This document shows, in pieces, positions 10,492 to 17,810 of a DNA stretch of 47,614 bases (its first letter is position 1; each line of letters opens with the position of its first letter). The translations under genes were made by a program, and so were the position numbers. Origin of the DNA: an uncultured Bacteroidales bacterium. Its GTDB lineage: Bacteria; Bacteroidota; Bacteroidia; Bacteroidales; JBBRXJ01. The stretch covers positions 1 to 47,614 of the forward strand of contig CAYMKE010000001.1 in assembly GCA_964390955.1 (NCBI GenBank), read 5' to 3'. The notes beneath the pieces are model-generated. The model was not told where the DNA came from and did not search any database. It saw only the letters and a list, made by a program, of their open reading frames with translations.

Positions 10492-11781
10492 TTATAGGCT
10501 CCAATAATTCATTTGTTTTATTTTTCCATTGTATATTCCTTTAATATCAACAAAAATACATTGTTTTGTTGCATGAGACAAAAAGTAATTTTCTTCGCGG
10601 CCACAATATTCATCATGGTTTACAGCTAAAATAATTGAGTCATATTTACCTTTCGGCTCCTCAACGAGGCTAATTGCATATTCATTTTGCATTTCTTCAG
10701 AAGAGGCCTTAGGATCAACAGCATCAACATGTACACCATATGATTTTAGCTCATTGACTACATCAACAACCTTTGAATTTCTGATATCACTTACATTTTC
10801 TTTGAATGTAATACCCATTACAAGTATTTTAGATGATTGTATGTTTTTGCCCAAGGCAATGATTTTTTTCACGATCTGCTTGGCAATATATCCACCCATT
10901 GAGTCGTTAATAAATCTTCCCGCATTAATGATTTGTGCATGGTAACCAAGTTGCTCCGATTTATATGAAAGATAATAGGGGTCAACACCAATACAATGTC
11001 CGCCAACCAATCCGGGTGTAAACCTTAAAAAATTCCATTTAGTACTTGCTGCTTCCAAAACCTCGTAAGTATTTATATTAAGGCGTTTAAAAATAATTGA
11101 AAGCTCATTCATGAAGGCAATATTTATATCCCTTTGAGTGTTTTCTATTACTTTAGCAGCTTCTGCTACTTTAATGGTACTGGCTGAAAAAACCCCTGCA
11201 TCAACGACCAATTCATATATTTTAGCAACATTTTCAGATGCTTCCCGATCACATCCTGAAGTTACTTTTGTGATGGTACGAAGCGTATGTTGTTTATCAC
11301 CAGGATTAATCCTCTCGGGAGAATAACCAACCTTAAAGTCTTGTTTGAATTTCAACCCGCTTTCCTGCTCCAGCACCGGCACACAATCTTCTTCCGTGCA
11401 ACCCGGGTATACTGTAGATTCATAAATAACATAATCTCCTTGTTTCAATACTTTACCAACCGTTTTGGTTGCCTTTAACAACGGGTTAATATCCGGCAAG
11501 TTATGGTCATTTACAGGAGTAGGGACTGCAACGATATAAACACGCGCTTCCTTTATATCTTCATGCTTATCAGTAAACAAGATATCACACCCATCAAATG
11601 CAGTAGAATCCAATTCATTATTCGGATCAATTTTAGCTTTTAATTTTTTGATGTTTTCATGTTTAATATCAAAACCTATGGTAGAAACTTTTTTAGAAAA
11701 TTCAAGAGCTATAGGTAATCCGACATACCCTAACCCAATAATTGCGATTTTTGCATTTTTATTCAGTATATCCTGATACAT
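10492..11781 (-). CDS. Nucleotide-sugar 6-dehydrogenase, probably UDP-N-acetyl-D-glucosamine 6-dehydrogenase (WbpA/WbpO/TviB-like)
   Basis: It has the Rossmann motif IAIIGLGYVGLP and the catalytic Cys region GLVGGHCIGVDPYY. Length is 429 aa. It sits next to WbpB/D/E-like genes. Confidence 0.8.
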   Translation of the reverse strand: MYQDILNKNAKIAIIGLGYVGLPIALEFSKKVSTIGFDIKHENIKKLKAKIDPNNELDSTAFDGCDILFTDKHEDIKEARVYIVAVPTPVNDHNLPDINPLLKATKTVGKVLKQGDYVIYESTVYPGCTEEDCVPVLEQESGLKFKQDFKVGYSPERINPGDKQHTLRTITKVTSGCDREASENVAKIYELVVDAGVFSASTIKVAEAAKVIENTQRDINIAFMNELSIIFKRLNINTYEVLEAASTKWNFLRFTPGLVGGHCIGVDPYYLSYKSEQLGYHAQIINAGRFINDSMGGYIAKQIVKKIIALGKNIQSSKILVMGITFKENVSDIRNSKVVDVVNELKSYGVHVDAVDPKASSEEMQNEYAISLVEEPKGKYDSIILAVNHDEYCGREENYFLSHATKQCIFVDIKGIYNGKIKQMNYWSL

Positions 11782-11802
11782 TGTAAATATTTTATGGTTT
11801 AA

Positions 11803-12756
11803 TTATAATTTTTTACAAAAGGGATGATAAATACCTTTTAGTCCAACAGGTTCAGCATTACGTATAGTAAAAACGGTTTCAATAGATTTCCGTGCATCTT
11901 CAAGTGTAAAGCCATTTCCTTTGAATGTTTCTTTGTATAATTCTGTATGCAAATCAGTAAATCCGCTGCTAAATTCAATTTCTTTACCGTCTATTTGAAT
12001 TGATCGGTATGTACGCTGATTATGCTGTTTTATATGATCAGGCAATGTTTTATAATCAAGACTCAAAAACCAACGGATACGGGCTTTTTTTAATCTAAGG
12101 AAGCCTGCTGTGATATCCGGTTTAGATACATGAATAATATTCTCTTTAATATCTCCAAAAATCCATGTTAGCATGTCAAAAAAATGAACTCCGATGTTGG
12201 TAGCTACACCTCCGGATTTATTCAAATCTCCCTTCCAGGAGATATAATACCAATTGCCGCGACTGGTAATATAGGTAAGGTCTATATCATAGATTTTATC
12301 TGGTGGCCCGTTGTCTATTTTTTCCTTCAATGCCTTAATACCCGGATGCAGTCTTAATTGAAGAACAACATTCACTTTGCGTTTTGTTTCTTTTTCAAAT
12401 TCTTGCAGTGCATCAATATTCCACGGATTCAGTACAACCGGCTTCTCACAAATGGCATCGGCTTTGTTCCGTAGTGCAAATCGAATGTGAGAATCATGCA
12501 AATAATTAGGAGAACATATGCTTACATAATCTACCTTTGTTCCTTGTCTTTTTAGTTTATCAATATGTCGGTCAAATCGTTCAAATTCGACGAAAAAATC
12601 CGAATCAGGGAAATATGAATCAATGATCCCCACACTATCTGAAGTATCAAGCGAAGCAACCAAATTATTCCCTGTATCTTTTATTGCTTTTAAATGCCGG
12701 CTGGCAATATAACCACCTACCCCGATCAAAGCAAAATTGTATTGTTTGTGTTTCAT
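11803..12756 (-). CDS. Gfo/Idh/MocA oxidoreductase, WbpB/WlbA-like (UDP-GlcNAcA 3-oxidase candidate)
   Basis: It has the Rossmann motif FALIGVGGYIASRHLKAI and the EKP motif (ICEKPVVLN). At 317 aa it is the same size class as WbpB. It lies between dehydrogenase and acetyltransferase genes. Confidence 0.75.
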   Translation of the reverse strand: MKHKQYNFALIGVGGYIASRHLKAIKDTGNNLVASLDTSDSVGIIDSYFPDSDFFVEFERFDRHIDKLKRQGTKVDYVSICSPNYLHDSHIRFALRNKADAICEKPVVLNPWNIDALQEFEKETKRKVNVVLQLRLHPGIKALKEKIDNGPPDKIYDIDLTYITSRGNWYYISWKGDLNKSGGVATNIGVHFFDMLTWIFGDIKENIIHVSKPDITAGFLRLKKARIRWFLSLDYKTLPDHIKQHNQRTYRSIQIDGKEIEFSSGFTDLHTELYKETFKGNGFTLEDARKSIETVFTIRNAEPVGLKGIYHPFCKKL

Positions 12757-12786
12757 GTATCTCAGATTGGAAATTTCAATGCAAAT

Positions 12787-13368
12787 TTAATCAATTATTT
12801 TGGTCACCTGTTGTTCGTGCAATAAATATTTCTCTTTGCTTTCAGGACATACGGCTATTCCCTTGTCATCAAAATGCAGTCTGTGTCCATATTCACTCAT
12901 CCAGCCAATTTGCCTGGCCGGATTGCCAACGACTAAGGCATAAGGTTTTACATCTTTTGTAACAACAGCACCTGCACCAATAAAAGCATATTTTCCAAGG
13001 GTATGCCCGCAAATAATCGTTGCATTAGCACCTATAGAAGCTCCTTGCCTGACGATTGTTTGTTGGTATTGATCTCTTCGGACAATGGCACTGCGAGGGT
13101 TCGTGATGTTTGTAAATACCATTGAAGGCCCTAAAAAAACATCATCTTCACATATAACACCGGTGTAAATAGAGACATTATTTTGAACTTTTACATTGTT
13201 TTTTAAAACCACTCCGGGAGAAACTACAACGTTTTGTCCAATATTACAGGACTCTCCTATTATACTGTCGGACATAATATGAGCAAAATGCCATATCTTT
13301 GTTTTCGCTCCAATTTCACAACCTTCATCAATTACAGCCGTTTCGTGAGCAAAATATTTGTTTTCCAT
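12787..13368 (-). CDS. Hexapeptide-repeat N-acetyltransferase, WbpD/WlbB-like
   Basis: Left-handed beta-helix repeats run throughout (IGAKTKIWHFAHI, IGESCNIGQNVVV, IGANATIICG, IGAGAVVTKDV). The start is set at MENKYFAHETA (13368), 4 nt after the upstream stop, rather than the tracked 13428. Confidence 0.8.
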   Translation of the reverse strand: MENKYFAHETAVIDEGCEIGAKTKIWHFAHIMSDSIIGESCNIGQNVVVSPGVVLKNNVKVQNNVSIYTGVICEDDVFLGPSMVFTNITNPRSAIVRRDQYQQTIVRQGASIGANATIICGHTLGKYAFIGAGAVVTKDVKPYALVVGNPARQIGWMSEYGHRLHFDDKGIAVCPESKEKYLLHEQQVTKIID

Positions 13369-13372
13369 AATG

Positions 13373-14527
13373 TTATTCGTTTTCCTTTTTAAAATTATTT
13401 TCTCTGAAAAAATCGAAAATTTTTTCACAAATATACTCTTGTTGATCTCGTTTCAATTCTGTATGCATTGGCAATGATAAAATATGGTTGGCCATATACT
13501 CTGAAACAGGAAAATCACCAATTCCATAATTTAAATAATAATACGCTTCCTGCATATGAAAAGGAATGGGATAATATATCATTGAAGGAATATTATTTTT
13601 TTTTAGATAATCTTTTAATTGATCACGGGTTTCATTTTTTGTAACAATGCTGTATTGATTGAATGTATGAACTGCATTGACAGCAGAAACAGGCGTTTTT
13701 ATATAATTGTTTTTATTCAACAGCTGATCATAATACAATGCTGCTTCGTGCCTGGCTTCTATATGCTTGTTAAAATAATGTAATTTAGTATTTAATACTG
13801 CTGCTTGTATGGTATCAAGCCTTGAATTAACTCCAATACGATGAGCAAAATATTTACGGCTTGAACCATGATTGATGATACAACGAATTTCTTTTTCTAA
13901 TTCACTATCGTTTGTAAACAGTGCTCCCCCATCGCCAAAACATCCAAGATTTTTAGAAGGAAAAAAAGATGTACATCCGATATGTCCTATTGTACCGGCA
14001 AATTTGTCTACCTGATCATTCATTTTATATTTAGCTCCCAATGCCTGGGCTGCATCTTCTATCACCCAAAGGTTATGTTTTCGGGAAATTTCCATGATTT
14101 TATCCATATCAGCGCATTGCCCAAATAAATGAACAGGTATGATCGCTTTGGTTTTAGAAGTAATTTTGTTTTCTAAATCTGATGTATCTATATTCAAGGT
14201 ATCGTCTTTGATATCGCAAAGTACAGGCCTGCCCCCCAATAAAGCTATTACTTCAATGGTTGCAGCAAACGAAAAAGCGGGTGTAATCACTTCATCTCCG
14301 GGTTTTAAACCAATTGCCATTAATGCAACCTGCAATGCATCTGTTCCATTGCCACAACCTATTGCATAAGATACATTAAATTTTTCTGCTAATTTTTTTT
14401 GAAACGTCTTTACATCAGGCCCATTTATAAAAGCACTCGATTTTATAACGTGCTCAATTGCCTGATCTATTTCTTCTTTCATTGTTAAGTATTGACCGTA
14501 CAAGTCAACCATTTTGATCTCATTCAT
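13373..14527 (-). CDS. DegT/DnrJ/EryC1/StrS family PLP aminotransferase, WbpE/WlbC-like
   Basis: It shows family patterns GCGNGTDALQVAL, VIEDAAQALGA and the FFPSKNLG lysine region. Length is 384 aa. Confidence 0.85.
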   Translation of the reverse strand: MNEIKMVDLYGQYLTMKEEIDQAIEHVIKSSAFINGPDVKTFQKKLAEKFNVSYAIGCGNGTDALQVALMAIGLKPGDEVITPAFSFAATIEVIALLGGRPVLCDIKDDTLNIDTSDLENKITSKTKAIIPVHLFGQCADMDKIMEISRKHNLWVIEDAAQALGAKYKMNDQVDKFAGTIGHIGCTSFFPSKNLGCFGDGGALFTNDSELEKEIRCIINHGSSRKYFAHRIGVNSRLDTIQAAVLNTKLHYFNKHIEARHEAALYYDQLLNKNNYIKTPVSAVNAVHTFNQYSIVTKNETRDQLKDYLKKNNIPSMIYYPIPFHMQEAYYYLNYGIGDFPVSEYMANHILSLPMHTELKRDQQEYICEKIFDFFRENNFKKENE

Positions 14528-14640
14528 TCGTATAATGATTTATAAAACACTTTACATTATAGATACATACAAAATATGTAAGGGTGTTATTCAACTGTAT
14601 CATGAATAATACAGAGTGTATATTGCCGTTTATAAATTAA

Positions 14641-14838
14641 AGACTGTCTATATAGTGTTTGTCTATAAAGTCCAACTTCTTCGTTGTTGCTCAAATTTTA
14701 AATTATTCGCAAGGCTCATGAAATCGCTTCGCTAAGTTCTCAAATACGCCAGTATTCTGCGGTTTAAAATTCTCACACGCCTCGAATTTGAACTTTATAG
14801 AACAAACACTTGACTCTATGGACAGACTCTATATAGTC
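14641..14838. repeat. Intergenic imperfect palindromic element A (MITE/REP-like), with flanking short direct repeats
   Basis: The arms are GTGTTTGTCTATAAAGTCCAACTTCTTCGTT (14655-14685) and CGAATTTGAACTTTATAGAACAAACAC (14783-14809, inverse). Direct AGACT(GT)CTATATAGT copies lie at 14641-14656 and 14824-14837. There is no ORF. Confidence 0.7.
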
Positions 14839-14842
14839 CGGG

Positions 14843-14960
14843 TGTTTAGATCATAATGTTCGGTAACAAGGCTTGCGAAACCCCAAAATGCGGAGTTTAC
14901 TGGTGTAAATGAGCAATTTTGGAGCAAGCGTAACGAAGTTAGCAAACATTATGGACAAAC
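14843..14960. repeat. Intergenic imperfect palindromic element B, homologous to element A
   Basis: The arms are TGTTTAGATCATAATGTTCGGTAAC (14843-14867) and CGTAACGAAGTTAGCAAACATTATGGACAAAC (14929-14960, inverse). Inner complementary blocks are GCTTGC/GCAAGC and CCAAAATGC/GCAATTTTGG. Confidence 0.7.
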
Positions 14961-15164
14961 ATTAATTAAAATATTTCTACGAAAATAAACAAATTACTTA
15001 ATGTAAAAAGAAAAATAATACATGTTTTTGTGTTTTTAAATACAAATATCCAACCATCTGGTACATAAATGCACTCGTATTTGTCTGTAATATCATCATT
15101 TATTAAGGGGATAACCAGTACTGAAGAATATTTTATAAATTTGTTCCGGTAAATAAAAAAAACT

Positions 15165-16247
15165 ATGTCAATCGAAAAACTAATTAAATTTTTACTTCTT
15201 GAAAAGAAAACCATCATTATTCCAGGAGTCGGGGAGCTGGCAACGTTATATCATCCTGCTAAACAAAACAATGTCAGTCAAACAATATCTCCGCCTTCTC
15301 AAAGCATCGTATTCAGGAATAATATAACGAGAGATTTCAATGAAGTACTCGTTCATGCCATCGCACAATACAAAAAAATGTCTCCGGGGGAAGCAAGAGA
15401 TTTACTAAATCAATATATCAGGGATTTCAAAAGCCGCATTGAAAAAAAAGAATATGTTCAAATAAATGATTTAGGCCATTTTTTTTTAAATGATCAAAAT
15501 CAAATAGAATTTAAAGATCAGGGGCATGACAATCTTTTTTTTGAAACATTTGGTATGGAGCCGGTCAAATATACTGCTAAACGTGAACCGCATCACACAT
15601 TTAAACAGAATAAAAACAATAATACAAATAAAATGGTTTCAAAAAAAACACCACAGGAAAAGAATAATTCAAAAAAAATAAAAATTTGGAGTCCGATTGT
15701 AGTTTTAATGATTATTATAGCACTGATTATTATTTTTTATAATCAGCATGAAGTTAAAAGAATAGAGGATGTATCGTTTTATCCAATTGAACAGCCTGAT
15801 AAAAAAAATGAAAAAACGGATACAAAAAAAACAGACAGACATAAAAAATCCGGAGAATCAAATGTAGAAAAGAAAAAGAGCAATGAAAACAAAAATATCC
15901 AATCAGAAGAATATATCGCACAACAGTTAAAGGAAAAGACAAAAAAAGAAAATGCCCTTAAATTACAAGCTCAAATGGCACAAAAAGATACCATTGAAGC
16001 ATTATCTCAAAATAAATATTATCTGGTAGCAGGTAGTTTTAATGAATATCAAAATGCTCACGAATACAAAATAAAGCTTGAGAAAAAAGGTTACCAGGCA
16101 AAAATTTTAGATGATACAAAAAACAACAACAATTACTACCGTGTTTATATCGGAGATAAATTTTCCAATAAAAAGATTGCAATGGATGAATTAAATCAAC
16201 TTCGTGAAAAAGAAAATAATGATTTTGTCTGGTTGCTTACAAAATAA
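15165..16247 (+). CDS. HU-CCDC81-like / SPOR domain-containing membrane protein
   Basis: The N-terminal HU-like segment is TIIIPGVGELATLYHPA. One TM helix follows (IWSPIVVLMIIIALIIIFY), then a K/E-rich linker. The C-terminal SPOR domain reads YYLVAGSFNEYQNAHEYKIKLEKKGYQAKIL...YYRVYIGD. Confidence 0.8.
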   Translation: MSIEKLIKFLLLEKKTIIIPGVGELATLYHPAKQNNVSQTISPPSQSIVFRNNITRDFNEVLVHAIAQYKKMSPGEARDLLNQYIRDFKSRIEKKEYVQINDLGHFFLNDQNQIEFKDQGHDNLFFETFGMEPVKYTAKREPHHTFKQNKNNNTNKMVSKKTPQEKNNSKKIKIWSPIVVLMIIIALIIIFYNQHEVKRIEDVSFYPIEQPDKKNEKTDTKKTDRHKKSGESNVEKKKSNENKNIQSEEYIAQQLKEKTKKENALKLQAQMAQKDTIEALSQNKYYLVAGSFNEYQNAHEYKIKLEKKGYQAKILDDTKNNNNYYRVYIGDKFSNKKIAMDELNQLREKENNDFVWLLTK

Positions 16248-16487
16248 ATTTTAGATCATTTTTTTATGAATAATATAAAGCGCTATCAATATCTTAACGT
16301 GGACAAGCCACAACCAAACAAATAACAAATCTCAAAATACAAATAACAAATAATATAAGAATATTAGATTAAGGTACTAGTTAATTGAGTTTCTAAGTTT
16401 CTAAGTTAATTGGCAATTGAAGCCCTGCGGGGAAATAGCGATCATAAAATTAGAACAACATGTTGGTGAAATTTTTCGGCTAAGTGC

Positions 16488-17489
16488 CTAATCTTCATAA
16501 TATTCAAATCCCCGTGTTGTTATTCTAACAGGTTTTTTATTCATGAATTCAATACGTTTGATCCAATTGTTATGTTCATCTTCATCAGTATATATATAAG
16601 TTGACTTATATATCAAATCGTTTCCGCTTTTTGTCTTTTCAACCAATAATCCCTCTCCATTATATTTGTACGTAAACGTTGTAACCACTTCATTATCTTT
16701 GTTATAACTTTTCTTGTTAACAATTTTGCCTTCATCATCATACTCGTAAGAGACTCTGCTTAATAAAGATGTTGCAGGGTTATAGCGGCTTTCTTCAATA
16801 ATTTTATCATCTTCATCATATATGAATTCATATTTATAGCCAAGACTGTCGTTTCCAAAATAAAGCTTTTCAGTCACTTTATTTCCTCTTACATCATATT
16901 CATATATGTATTTTGAACTCAAATTCCCATTTTCATTGTATATTTCTTTTTCAATCAGCCTGCCATCTGCATCATATTCAAAAACATATTGGGTATTTAC
17001 TTTTCCATCTGATCCACATATTAATTTTTCCTGTTGTTGACCGTTTTCATTATAATTTATCTTGTATTGAGAAACCATCTCACCATTAGGATAATACATT
17101 TCCTGAGACACAAGATTTCCGTCATCATCGTATTCATATATATATTTATAGCTTAAATTATTGTCTGAATCATAAATATTCTTTTTTATCAAATCACCTT
17201 TATCATTGTATTTAAATACATACCTGTAACTCAGGCTGTCATTTGAATAGAACAGATTTTGTTCAAGTTTCTTCCCTTCTTTATCAAATTTTGTGAGGTA
17301 ATTATCATAAAAGCTACCTATTTTTCTTCCTTTTGTAATCTCTTCATCCTCTAAAACAGCTTCATAGGTTTTTTCCCTGATTGTTTTAACATCACCATGA
17401 AATTTGTCCGTAACTTTTTGTTTTTTTTCCTTACAAGATATTGTAAAGAAAAACAAACCAATTGAAAGGATTACAGCTATTTTTTTCAT
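16488..17489 (-). CDS. Lipoprotein built from about ten strict 26-residue YD/Rhs-like repeats
   Basis: The signal peptide carries a lipobox (FFFTISC). The motif YxYxYDxxG recurs with its last residue at aa 72, 98, 124, 150, 176, 202, 228, 254, 280 and 304. Confidence 0.7.
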   Translation of the reverse strand: MKKIAVILSIGLFFFTISCKEKKQKVTDKFHGDVKTIREKTYEAVLEDEEITKGRKIGSFYDNYLTKFDKEGKKLEQNLFYSNDSLSYRYVFKYNDKGDLIKKNIYDSDNNLSYKYIYEYDDDGNLVSQEMYYPNGEMVSQYKINYNENGQQQEKLICGSDGKVNTQYVFEYDADGRLIEKEIYNENGNLSSKYIYEYDVRGNKVTEKLYFGNDSLGYKYEFIYDEDDKIIEESRYNPATSLLSRVSYEYDDEGKIVNKKSYNKDNEVVTTFTYKYNGEGLLVEKTKSGNDLIYKSTYIYTDEDEHNNWIKRIEFMNKKPVRITTRGFEYYED

Positions 17490-17520
17490 TATGTTTATTT
17501 TTTATTTTTCAAAAGCCATA

Positions 17521-17620
17521 TGGAACTCGCCATGAGAATAAATTATTGACTATGTGCTATCTAAGCACACTTTTAATAATCAGCCGGTGTGTGGAAAAAT
17601 TTTTATCATGGCTCAGTTCA
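17521..17620. repeat. Intergenic inverted-repeat element (about 100 nt) in a divergent promoter region
   Basis: TGGAACTCGCCATGAGAATAAATT (17521-17544) pairs with AAATTTTTATCATGGCTCAGTTCA (17597-17620). An inner hairpin is GTGCT-ATCTA-AGCAC. The block CCGGTGTGTGGAAAAATTTT resembles the GGCGTGTGAGAATTTTAAA module of element A. Confidence 0.5.
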
Positions 17621-17810
17621 TAATTTTAAATTCTTTTATTTAAGCAAATATAATTAATTTTATAAAAAAAAGAAATTTTTTTGGCTTTTTATTTATGTAA
17701 AGAGGTATGTATTTTAAAAAGTTAGCATGATTGTGTTGTAAAATTTATATATTAATAAAATTTTTAAAATTTACATAGATTATTTTGTATTACATTATAA
17801 ACAGGCATAA

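Noticed and set aside
8372-14527. The nucleotide-sugar operon as a full O-antigen or capsule locus.
   Set aside because: It contains only precursor-synthesis enzymes. No glycosyltransferase, Wzx/Wzy, Wza/Wzc or initiating transferase lies in or beside it.
14966-15217. 83-aa ORF on the - strand in the repeat-rich spacer, overlapping the SPOR gene start.
   Set aside because: It has hydrophobic low-complexity AT-rich composition, overlaps a well-supported start and has no recognisable motif.
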